The notes under the pieces are model-generated. The model ran no database searches. It was given only the letters and a program-made list of their open reading frames with translations, and was not told the DNA's origin. The position numbers and the translations under genes are program-made. Positions 18,537 to 26,544 of a stretch of DNA of 35,400 bases are shown here, piece by piece. Within the stretch, counting starts at the first letter, position 1; every line of letters starts with the position of its first letter. The stretch is from a virus (Duplodnaviria; Caudoviricetes), in the IMG/VR virus record IMGVR_UViG_3300017832_000020, positions 1 to 35,400 of that record, one strand, 5' to 3'.

Positions 18537-18906
18537 GTGTGCGTTTCTCCAAATCTTCAATCGAGATTTCCGACAGTTCCTTCACCGTGTTGGTGGAGGG
18601 ATTTTCTTTTACCATACTTTCATTGGCATTACTGATATTATAAATTTTATTTTTATCGATCGGTTCAAGAAGCTCATCTTCTCCCCAATATCCGCAGACG
18701 ACCATTAACTCGACCAGTGATGTCGTATGAAGATGTTTCGCAAATACCTTTAACGTATCCGGTTCCGGCTTTTGGATCTCCGCCTCAATCCTCGAAATCG
18801 TTGCTGCTGATATCCCAGTTGCCTCGGCAAACCTCCGCATCGTTTTATATCCGCTTGCCAATCTATGATGCTTAATGAATTTTCCGAATCCCTGATTTTC
18901 CACCAA
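18445..18906 (-). CDS. XRE-family HTH phage repressor
   Basis: FGKFIKHHR...MRRFAEATGISAATISRIE...P; divergent from the Cro-like gene; GGGAGG RBS favours a start at 18906 or 18903; no S24 peptidase domain. Confidence 0.85.
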   Translation of the reverse strand: MVENQGFGKFIKHHRLASGYKTMRRFAEATGISAATISRIEAEIQKPEPDTLKVFAKHLHTTSLVELMVVCGYWGEDELLEPIDKNKIYNISNANESMVKENPSTNTVKELSEISIEDLEKRTLTYKGRVLTEEQKRHLLQILRAAAEMIDPK

Positions 18907-18939
18907 AACATTCCTCCCAATTTTTATCAAACCACAAGC

Positions 18940-18968
18940 ATTATACCAATAGTATTACGCGCACGCAA
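18940..18968 (-). promoter_or_regulatory. Repressor promoter
   Basis: Minus strand TTGCGT, 17 bp, TATAAT with TG extension. Confidence 0.7.
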
Positions 18969-19033
18969 TTTTTTCGTTACGAGATATTGCTAAGCGAGTC
19001 GCGGGAATGTATATTGGTGATACGACCTCGTAA
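18955..19033. promoter_or_regulatory. Putative operators, consensus TTACG-N4-CGTAA
   Basis: TTACGcgcaCGCAA 18955-18968, half site TTACG 18977, ATACGacctCGTAA 19020-19033. Confidence 0.65.
18987..19015 (+). promoter_or_regulatory. Early lytic promoter
   Basis: TTGCTA, 17 bp, TATATT upstream of the Cro-like gene. Confidence 0.65.
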
Positions 19034-19063
19034 CACACGAACTAATTCGAGGGGGTGATGCAT

Positions 19064-19348
19064 GTGAGAAAACCGGCGATAAGGCTGAAAACAGATGCAT
19101 TTATGGCTGCCGCGATCAAGCATGGCCTTGAAAACAATACACAGATTGCCGCAGCGATCGGCGTATCTGTGACGCAAGTTTGGAGGGCGATGCTTCCCGT
19201 CTCCGATCCTCGCCACAATTCGCCCGGTACATCATTTATCGCCGGGACGTTGAGTGTATTCGGCGGACCGTTTGAAAAGTTCTTTTTTGTGGAAACGGTG
19301 TTACGCAAACGTAACAACAGCGAGAAAGGGGAGGAATTGGGCGCATGA
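19064..19348 (+). CDS. Cro-like HTH regulator
   Basis: NNTQIAAAIGVSVTQVWR HTH; FEKFF tail; divergent from the repressor; GGGGGTGA RBS before GTG 19064. Confidence 0.75.
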   Translation: MRKPAIRLKTDAFMAAAIKHGLENNTQIAAAIGVSVTQVWRAMLPVSDPRHNSPGTSFIAGTLSVFGGPFEKFFFVETVLRKRNNSEKGEELGA

Positions 19349-19400
19349 ATCGAAGGGCCGGGAGACGTTCCGGCTGCTGCTTGGAAGGGGGTGAACAACC

Positions 19401-19586
19401 GTGCAGGCCATCGAAAAGAACCGTCTCCTCCGAATCTGTGCTTTCTTTCTCACCCTTGAGGAACGCATGCAAATCGAACGGCGCCTGAAAATGGCTGAAT
19501 GGGCGCGACGGCAGTACGAGCGATACCAGACCAGATTGGAGGCGGTGAAACGGAATGCTGGGCGTGAACTTGAGCATAAGCGCTGA
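19401..19586 (+). CDS. Hypothetical early protein
   Basis: GGGGGTGA RBS, 61 aa. Confidence 0.6.
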   Translation: MQAIEKNRLLRICAFFLTLEERMQIERRLKMAEWARRQYERYQTRLEAVKRNAGRELEHKR

Positions 19587-19752
19587 TCCGGCAGAGATCA
19601 CCCCGAACCGGATCATCGTCCGCACCGGCGACGTGACGGACATCTACAATCGGGCGTACTATCGCCTGATCCCGGAGGTCGATCAGGATGGACCGATTCA
19701 AAGGGCCGGGAGAGGACCGGCGGACGACACGGCTAATGCCGGACAAGCTTGA
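19555..19752 (+). CDS. Hypothetical early protein
   Basis: GGAGGCGGTGA RBS, 65 aa. Confidence 0.5.
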   Translation: MLGVNLSISADPAEITPNRIIVRTGDVTDIYNRAYYRLIPEVDQDGPIQRAGRGPADDTANAGQA

Positions 19753-19879
19753 CGAGCCGGAGATCGACTCATGGAAGATTAGGCGCGACATGGCGCTGGA
19801 AGATGGGGCGCGAAAGGAGGTGAACGAGGATGTCGGACCTGATGAATCGCAAGATGGAGATCGCGAAAAAGGCCGGTGA
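19688..19879 (+). CDS. Hypothetical early protein
   Basis: GGAGGT RBS, 63 aa; overlaps both neighbours. Confidence 0.4.
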   Translation: MDRFKGPGEDRRTTRLMPDKLDEPEIDSWKIRRDMALEDGARKEVNEDVGPDESQDGDREKGR

Positions 19880-20105
19880 ACTGATAGGAGTCATCGATCG
19901 GTTGTCCCAGATCGCCAGAGATGTGCGAAGACGAAGGGAAAACGAAAAGGTAATCGCCATTAAGGTGCACGCAAGCGATGTCTACGAAATCAACGCCGAT
20001 ACGTTTGGAGACTTCGATCTCCACGACTACCTGATCGAATTCCTAGACAAGCAGACCGAGAAGTTCAAAACCCAACTGGACGAGCTGATCAAGATTCCTC
20101 AATAA
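19830..20105 (+). CDS. Hypothetical early protein
   Basis: AAGGAGGTGA RBS, 91 aa. Confidence 0.7.
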   Translation: MSDLMNRKMEIAKKAGELIGVIDRLSQIARDVRRRRENEKVIAIKVHASDVYEINADTFGDFDLHDYLIEFLDKQTEKFKTQLDELIKIPQ

Positions 20106-20181
20106 AAAGAAAACCGCCAAAAGGCGGCCAACAAAATCAGGCACCCCCATTATACCACGGGGGCATAAGGAGGAAAACCGG

Positions 20182-21705
20182 ATGCGAGTTCGATTCCTTG
20201 AACTCGAACTGGAAAACTTCACCGAGCAACGCAGCCAGACCATCAAATACGGCCGCATCACCCGCTTGTCCGGGCGGAACGGCGTCGGCAAAACGTCGAT
20301 CGGCACAGCGCCGGTGTGGGTGCTGTGGGGAACGGATCTGAACGGCAAGAAGTGGTCGCCGAAGCCGACCACCTACGAGGCCGACGTGACGCGGGCGGCG
20401 CTGCTGCTCGAAGTCGATGGCAAACCGATCAGGCTCGAACGCATCATCAACGGTGATAAGAACGCCTTCAAGATCAATGATGTGCCGGCGAAGGCCACGG
20501 AGTTTGACAAAACCGTTGCCGGGCTGTTCGACCGCGACGAGTTCCTTTCGCTCTACAATCCGCGCTATTTCTTCGGTCTGCATTGGACCAAGCAGCGCGA
20601 GCTCATCCTTCGGCGCGTGACGGCGCCGGTGAAGTCGGAAGTGCTCAAACATCTGCCGGAGCCGCAGGCCGCCAAGCTGGACGAGCTGACCCGGAAACAT
20701 GGTCTGACCGACCTCGAGAAGATTCACCGCGACCGGAAAAATCGGCTTGAGAAGGAGCACATCGCCGCGCAGAGCCGCACGCGAACGCTGCAGGATCAGC
20801 TTCAGCAAATGGATTCGGCACCGAAGGTCGACTCCGCTGGCGCGCAGGAGGACATAGCGAAGATCGATGGAGCAATCACGGAGATCAAGATGTCCATGAA
20901 GGATGCGGTCGAAACCAATAGACGGATCGCAGAATTGCAAAGCACAATCAAAACGCTTCTCGAACGGCGCGACCGAATGAAGGAGCAGTTCAAAGTGCTC
21001 AATGACGAGCCGATCGCCGATACGTGCCGCGTCTGTAAGCAGCCGCTGCAGGGCGAAGCGATCGAGGCCGCCAAGGCCGACAAGGAACGCCGGATTGCCG
21101 AATTTCGGGCTGAATACGATCGGGTTGTTGCTGACCGTAAGGCAGCCGAAGTAGAACTGGCTGGCCTTGAATACATCGACGTTTCGGAGAAAATTGCCGA
21201 GATCGAGCGCTGGGAACAGGCGAAGCAGGCCATCGTCGACGCTGTGCGCGAGAAAGAGCGGCGCCAGCGGATCGAACAGGACATCGAGCAGGCGCGGGCG
21301 ACCGAAGCGAAGACGCTGGCCGACCTGAACGAAAGCATCTTCATCATCGACGCGATCAAGGCATACCGCGCCAAAGAAGCCGAGCTGCAGGCCGAGAAGG
21401 TGCAGGGACTGTTCCGGCGCCTGACGATCCGCCTGCACAAGGAACTGAAAAACGGCGAGATCGAGCCGGACTTCAGCATCCAGATGGACGGCAAGGACTA
21501 CGCGCAGCTTTCGTTCGGCGAAGGGATGGAAGCCGGCCTAGAACTGTCGGAAGTGCTGTTCGGCCAGTCCGAACTCATCACGCCCGTGTTCGTCGACCAT
21601 ATCGGCGAATACACCGGCCCCATCGCGGTCTTTGACCAGCTCATCACAGCCGGCGCGGTGCGGGATCAGGAACTCAAGATCGAGATGGAGGAATGGGCGG
21701 AATGA
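20182..21705 (+). CDS. SbcC/Rad50-like AAA ATPase
   Basis: Walker A GRNGVGKT, coiled coil with CxxC hook (CRVC), signature LSFGE, Walker B PVFVD. Confidence 0.85.
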   Translation: MRVRFLELELENFTEQRSQTIKYGRITRLSGRNGVGKTSIGTAPVWVLWGTDLNGKKWSPKPTTYEADVTRAALLLEVDGKPIRLERIINGDKNAFKINDVPAKATEFDKTVAGLFDRDEFLSLYNPRYFFGLHWTKQRELILRRVTAPVKSEVLKHLPEPQAAKLDELTRKHGLTDLEKIHRDRKNRLEKEHIAAQSRTRTLQDQLQQMDSAPKVDSAGAQEDIAKIDGAITEIKMSMKDAVETNRRIAELQSTIKTLLERRDRMKEQFKVLNDEPIADTCRVCKQPLQGEAIEAAKADKERRIAEFRAEYDRVVADRKAAEVELAGLEYIDVSEKIAEIERWEQAKQAIVDAVREKERRQRIEQDIEQARATEAKTLADLNESIFIIDAIKAYRAKEAELQAEKVQGLFRRLTIRLHKELKNGEIEPDFSIQMDGKDYAQLSFGEGMEAGLELSEVLFGQSELITPVFVDHIGEYTGPIAVFDQLITAGAVRDQELKIEMEEWAE

Positions 21706-21920
21706 ATCTGTTGAACCTTCTCCGCGTGCAGCGCCGCAAGCATACGACCAAACGCAAGGAGCTTCCCTACATTCCCGGCACGATCGGCGTCTCCGCGGTG
21801 TCGGAGGCGATCATCCGGGACTACGGGCGGTTCGTTCCCCGGCGAATTCGGAGGAAGATCGCAAAGATTAGCGGTGTACCGCTCAAAATCTACTACAACG
21901 GGCCGGTGATTCGCGGATGA
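21702..21920 (+). CDS. Hypothetical basic protein
   Basis: ATGA-coupled on both sides. Confidence 0.6.
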   Translation: MNLLNLLRVQRRKHTTKRKELPYIPGTIGVSAVSEAIIRDYGRFVPRRIRRKIAKISGVPLKIYYNGPVIRG

Positions 21921-22120
21921 GCCAAGTCAAGGAAATCTCGGTCGGCTTCACCTACACGAAGAACCTCGGCAATTACGAATCGCTGAAAGTCGACGCCGGC
22001 GTCGTGTTGACGGTTGAGCCGGGCGAAGACCCGGCCGCTGTCGAGGCGAAGGCATGGGAGCATGTTCGCAAATCCATCAAACGCGGCCTTGAGACCGCCA
22101 ATGGAGGGTTTTTGTCGTGA
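21917..22120 (+). CDS. Small phage protein
   Basis: TKNLGNYESLKVDAG motif, which I recognise as recurrent in phage recombination modules; translationally coupled. Confidence 0.7.
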   Translation: MSQVKEISVGFTYTKNLGNYESLKVDAGVVLTVEPGEDPAAVEAKAWEHVRKSIKRGLETANGGFLS

Positions 22121-23037
22121 GCCAACAACTTCCAACCATCAACACGCAGGCGGTCGTCGGAAGCTTCACGCAAGCCGAACTCGACACGCTCAAATCGACG
22201 ATCGCCAAGGGCACCACGAACGAACAGTTCGCACTTTTCGTCCAGACGTGCGTCAGGTCCGGGCTGAATCCGTTCCTGAACCAAATTTATTGCATCGTGT
22301 ACAACGGCAAAGACGGCCCGGTCATGAGCATCCAGATCGCCGTCGAGGGGATAGTCGCTCTCGCGAAGCGGCACCCGCAGTACAAGGGCTTCATCGCCAG
22401 CGAAGTCAAGGAGAACGACGATTTTGAGATCGACGTCGTGACCGGAGAGCCGAAGCATCGCATCACGTCGATGCAGCGCGGGAAGACGGTCGGCGCGTAC
22501 TGCGTGGCCTACCGGGAAGGCGCGCCGAACATCGCGGTCGTCATCACGGCCGATCAGGTGGATCATCTGGTCAAAGGCCGGAACGGCCAGATGTGGAAGG
22601 ACTACTTCGACGACATGATCGTGAAGCATGCGATCAAGCGGGCCTTCAAGAGGCAGTTCGGCATCGAAGTCGCCGAAGACGAATACGGCAACGCTGGCGC
22701 GGAGATCCCGGCCTATGAACCACCCACCCGCCGCGACATCACGGACGAAGTCAACGCGGCCGCGGCGGCGAACGAGCAACCCGCGCCACAGGAACAGCCG
22801 GCTCCGCAGGATGACGAGGCAGCGAAGATGGCCGAACTCCGCGCGCAGATGAATGCCAAGTTCAAACAGCTCGGCATTAGCGGCCGTGAGGCGAAGGCGG
22901 CATACATCGCAGAGAAGGGCGTCGTCCAGGGCGAAAAGCCGACGTTGCAGGAACTGACGAAGCTTCTGAAGCTGATGGACATCGACATCCAGCAGAAGCA
23001 GGCGCAGGCCGCTGCGGACGACGACGATCTGCTGTGA
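22117..23037 (+). CDS. recT: RecT/Redbeta-family single-strand annealing protein
   Basis: FVQTCVRSGLNPFLNQIYCI, GAYC, W...FDDMIVKHAIKRAFKRQFG. Confidence 0.85.
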   Translation: MSQQLPTINTQAVVGSFTQAELDTLKSTIAKGTTNEQFALFVQTCVRSGLNPFLNQIYCIVYNGKDGPVMSIQIAVEGIVALAKRHPQYKGFIASEVKENDDFEIDVVTGEPKHRITSMQRGKTVGAYCVAYREGAPNIAVVITADQVDHLVKGRNGQMWKDYFDDMIVKHAIKRAFKRQFGIEVAEDEYGNAGAEIPAYEPPTRRDITDEVNAAAAANEQPAPQEQPAPQDDEAAKMAELRAQMNAKFKQLGISGREAKAAYIAEKGVVQGEKPTLQELTKLLKLMDIDIQQKQAQAAADDDDLL

Positions 23038-23050
23038 ACGGGTGGGCGCG

Positions 23051-23806
23051 ATGGAGGTTCACATCCTCGCATCCGGGTCGAGCGGCAACTGCATAGCCGT
23101 TCGATCCGGCTCAACCACCATCCTAATCGACGCCGGCATCCCGAAAACGAAGATCGAGCGGCGCCTGCTAGACGCCGGCATCCGGCCGGACAAGATCGAC
23201 GCCATCTTCATCACCCACGCCCACAAGGACCACGTGAAGGGGCTGCCGCTGGCGAACAAATACCGCATCCCGGTTTACGCCAGCGAGGGCGAATGGCGGG
23301 ACATCCGGGGCGTGGACAGCGGATTGCGCGTGGACATCCCAAAGGAAGACGGCTTATATGAGCCTTTTATCTTCGACATGGGGGAATTCGGGGTTATCCC
23401 ATTCGGTACGCATCATGACGCTTATGAACCGCTCGGATACAGGGTGGTAGGGGAACAAACGGTCAGCATCTGCCTCGACACCGGACACGTCGACGATGAA
23501 ATGCTTAACGCCATGGCCGCCAGCGACATCTACATCATCGAGGCGAACCATGATCCGGATCTCGTCGCGGTGTCGGACTACCCGGAGAGCGTTAAGGAGC
23601 GCATCCTCTCCGATCTCGGCCATCTGTCGAACCAACAGGCGGCCGAAGTGCTGGCGAAGCTGATCCGAGGCCGCGGCGAGCGCATCTACCTGACACACCT
23701 TTCGGAGCAAAACAACATGCCGGCGTTGGCGCTGGCGACGGTCGAGGCGGCGCTGCGGAGACAGGGATTCTTGAACGGTTTTGATTATCTTTGCGAGGTG
23801 GTTTGA
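23051..23806 (+). CDS. MBL-fold metallo-hydrolase (YycJ-like nuclease)
   Basis: LASGSSGN, THAHKDH, HDA, DTG, EANHD, GHLSN and HLS motifs. Confidence 0.9.
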   Translation: MEVHILASGSSGNCIAVRSGSTTILIDAGIPKTKIERRLLDAGIRPDKIDAIFITHAHKDHVKGLPLANKYRIPVYASEGEWRDIRGVDSGLRVDIPKEDGLYEPFIFDMGEFGVIPFGTHHDAYEPLGYRVVGEQTVSICLDTGHVDDEMLNAMAASDIYIIEANHDPDLVAVSDYPESVKERILSDLGHLSNQQAAEVLAKLIRGRGERIYLTHLSEQNNMPALALATVEAALRRQGFLNGFDYLCEVV

Positions 23807-24472
23807 ATGAAGTATGTTGTCGTGGCGACAGATCTTGATTATGGGGATATCAAGATTCCCGAAGGCGCCATTCTGCCGGTCGAATCTATCAGCGACAAGA
23901 GTTACGAGGTCGTCTATGGCCCCTATGAAGGACGGTCTTTCCTTAAAGTCGATTCCGCCCCGTTTCCTCCGTATCAAGAACTGCTTCTGCGCCGCGAGGA
24001 AGTTCGCAAACTGACGCGCGAGTGCGAGGAAATCCGCGATCGGTGCAGCGACATGTTCGCAGAAGCGCGCGCTGCGGAGAAACGAGCTGACGAACTCATA
24101 CAGGAAGTGGACCGGCTGCGGGAGCAGCTCGAACAGCGGAAGCCGGCGCTTCCGCGCAAGGTGGCGGAAGCTATCGCAAAAAGTCGCTATGATGGCGTCA
24201 AGGATACGGAAATTTTGATGGACGTATCGGTTTGGAATTGGAATGCCGCGATCGCTCCCGCAAAGATCATCCGTGATTTTGCAATCCAAGGCGACAACAT
24301 CTTCAGGCTGGCCGACGCCCTCCGCTACGGCTACACAATCAAGGAGCAGACCATCAGCGACGAAATCGTGGCCATCATCGACGACTGCGGCGACGACCGC
24401 AGGCGGCTTGCCGACCGTCTGACCGATCTGTTCGAAACACGTCTTGAACAGGAGCGCGTGAAAAGCGGGTGA
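23807..24472 (+). CDS. Hypothetical protein, coiled coil plus DUF1642-like C-terminal region
   Basis: PALPRKVAEAI...ALRYGYTIKE pattern; GAGGTGG RBS. Confidence 0.6.
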   Translation: MKYVVVATDLDYGDIKIPEGAILPVESISDKSYEVVYGPYEGRSFLKVDSAPFPPYQELLLRREEVRKLTRECEEIRDRCSDMFAEARAAEKRADELIQEVDRLREQLEQRKPALPRKVAEAIAKSRYDGVKDTEILMDVSVWNWNAAIAPAKIIRDFAIQGDNIFRLADALRYGYTIKEQTISDEIVAIIDDCGDDRRRLADRLTDLFETRLEQERVKSG

Positions 24473-24478
24473 TGCATC

Positions 24479-24874
24479 ATGGCCCGGCGGCCGCAGCTTG
24501 AAGACGGATATACACGAATCGCAAACGAGATATTGGAGCAGGTCGCACATCTCCGGTTGAACGGAACGCAATTTCGTCTCCTACTTATCGTCTGGCGCTA
24601 CACCTACGGTTACGGTCGGAAGGAAGCGGAATTGTCGCTCTCCTTTCTCGCCTCGGCGATCGGCGCATCCCGCAGCCAGGTCGACCGTGAACTGACTGAC
24701 CTGATCCGCCGGAGCGTGATCGAGGTTGTTCCAGGTTATGGCCGGCGGCGCCTGCTCCGGTTCAACAAAGATTTCTCCGCCTGGATCGACCCGGGGCGGG
24801 AAAAGCGGACGCCGGGCCATGACCGACATGAATCTATTGGCGATTGGCTCGGGGGTGATCCATACGAACTTTGA
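24479..24874 (+). CDS. Phage replication initiator (lambda O-like N-terminal domain), short
   Basis: PQLEDGYTRIANEILE...R.TYGY...winged helix...FNKD; upstream of the helicase. Confidence 0.8.
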   Translation: MARRPQLEDGYTRIANEILEQVAHLRLNGTQFRLLLIVWRYTYGYGRKEAELSLSFLASAIGASRSQVDRELTDLIRRSVIEVVPGYGRRRLLRFNKDFSAWIDPGREKRTPGHDRHESIGDWLGGDPYEL

Positions 24875-26210
24875 CACGACGGTTGATGTATTCGCCGAAC
24901 AGGCCGTTCTCGGATCGATCCTGATCGACGCCTCCGTGCTCGACGACATAACGTTTCTTGAGCCGCGCGACTTCTCGGTGAAACGACACGAATTGATCTA
25001 CCGTGTCTGCCGATACCTGCACGATCACGACAAGCCTGTCGACCTTGTGACCGTGACCGCGCATTTTGAGAGCCGCAACCGCCTAGACGACATGGGCGAC
25101 GTGGGATATTTGAGCGAACTGATGAGCACGGTCCCGACAGCAGCGAACGCCCGGTTTTACGCACAAATCGTCCGGTCGAAGGCGCATCGCCGACGCGGGA
25201 AGGAGCTGGCGCGGAAGATCGAGGCGGCGGCTGACGAGGACTATGAGGACGACGAAGACTATTTCGCCCGCATTGAAGAAATGGTCGACGAGATCCGACC
25301 GGCGCAGGACACGGAAATGGTCAGTTTGGCCGAGGCGCGCGACGACTACTTCCGGCATTTAAAGAGCCGTGCGGAGAAGCTTCCAACCGGGCTGTTTAAG
25401 CAGTTCGACGCATGGGCTGGCGGGATGTGGCGCGGATGGCTTTACATCCTCGCAGGCCGGCCGGGCGCCGGAAAAACCGCGAAGATGCTGCTCTACGCAT
25501 ACGGCATCGCCAAACACAATCCGGACGCTGGTCCGGTGCTGATATTCAGCCAGGAGATGGACCGCAACGAGCTGATCGACCGAATGGTCGCGGCAGTCGC
25601 CGGGGTGAACTATCGGCGTTTGATCAACAAGGGCGGCGGGGAAGGCTTCACAGACGCCGAATGGGACCGGATCAAACGTGCGTATGACGCTATCTCGCGG
25701 TTGCCGCTTCACATCCGGGACTCCGCCGGTGTGACGATTCAGGAAGTCCGGGCGACGGCCAGACGCTTTCGCAAGCGCTACGGCAAGTTGGCGTTAGTCA
25801 TCGTTGACTATCTGCAGATCATGGACATTCCGCAGCGCAAGAACGAGACGCGTGCTGCGGCGATCGGCCGAGTGACGACGGCAGCGAAGCAGATGGCGCG
25901 GCAGATGAAATGTGTTGTGATGCTCCTGTCGCAGCTATCCCGGAGCAGCGAGAACCGGGAACGGCCGAAATTATCGGACCTGAAGGAGAGCGGCAGCATC
26001 GAGCAGGATGCCGACGTTGTCGAATTCCTGTGGGACACGGGCGATCGGATCGAGGGTGCGAAAGTGGTCGAGTCAATCTACGAGAAGGGCCGGAACGTCG
26101 GGACGAACGAGTTCCGCATGACTTTCGAATGGTGGATTCAGCGGTTCCGGGAGTTGGAGCCGAGAAAGGAGGCGGCGCCGGGTGGCAAAGGAAAGGCGAA
26201 TCGAAAATGA
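24828..26210 (+). CDS. dnaB: Replicative DnaB-like helicase (start uncertain: 24828, 24855 or 24864)
   Basis: AEQAVLGSIL, AGRPGAGKT, IVDYLQ, LSQLSR, DLKESGSIEQDAD. Confidence 0.92.
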   Translation: MNLLAIGSGVIHTNFDTTVDVFAEQAVLGSILIDASVLDDITFLEPRDFSVKRHELIYRVCRYLHDHDKPVDLVTVTAHFESRNRLDDMGDVGYLSELMSTVPTAANARFYAQIVRSKAHRRRGKELARKIEAAADEDYEDDEDYFARIEEMVDEIRPAQDTEMVSLAEARDDYFRHLKSRAEKLPTGLFKQFDAWAGGMWRGWLYILAGRPGAGKTAKMLLYAYGIAKHNPDAGPVLIFSQEMDRNELIDRMVAAVAGVNYRRLINKGGGEGFTDAEWDRIKRAYDAISRLPLHIRDSAGVTIQEVRATARRFRKRYGKLALVIVDYLQIMDIPQRKNETRAAAIGRVTTAAKQMARQMKCVVMLLSQLSRSSENRERPKLSDLKESGSIEQDADVVEFLWDTGDRIEGAKVVESIYEKGRNVGTNEFRMTFEWWIQRFRELEPRKEAAPGGKGKANRK

Positions 26211-26544
26211 CGAGGCATACAACCGATCGCTCGCGTGGCTGGTGACGAAAGCGGCCATCCTCGAAGATCCGCTGCTCGACCCGGCGGAGCGCGAAAAGCT
26301 TCAGCGGCAATACGATTACGTCGCGGACAAGGTCGAACGCTACAAGCGCGGTCAACTAGTGCAGATGTTCCCGGGCCTGCGCGAGCAGTATCGCATCTTG
26401 GGTTGGCCGTTCGACGATCCGGAAGCCACGGTTTCGGATAAGCCTACACCGTCACCGCCGCCGGCAGAATCGCGGTCCGGGCCGGTTGCTGAGGCGAAGC
26501 CGGCCGCGGCAGTAGCACTTGCGGGGTGGTTAGACAATGACTGA
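26182..26544 (+). CDS. Hypothetical protein
   Basis: AAAGGAGG RBS, 120 aa. Confidence 0.7.
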   Translation: MAKERRIENDEAYNRSLAWLVTKAAILEDPLLDPAEREKLQRQYDYVADKVERYKRGQLVQMFPGLREQYRILGWPFDDPEATVSDKPTPSPPPAESRSGPVAEAKPAAAVALAGWLDND

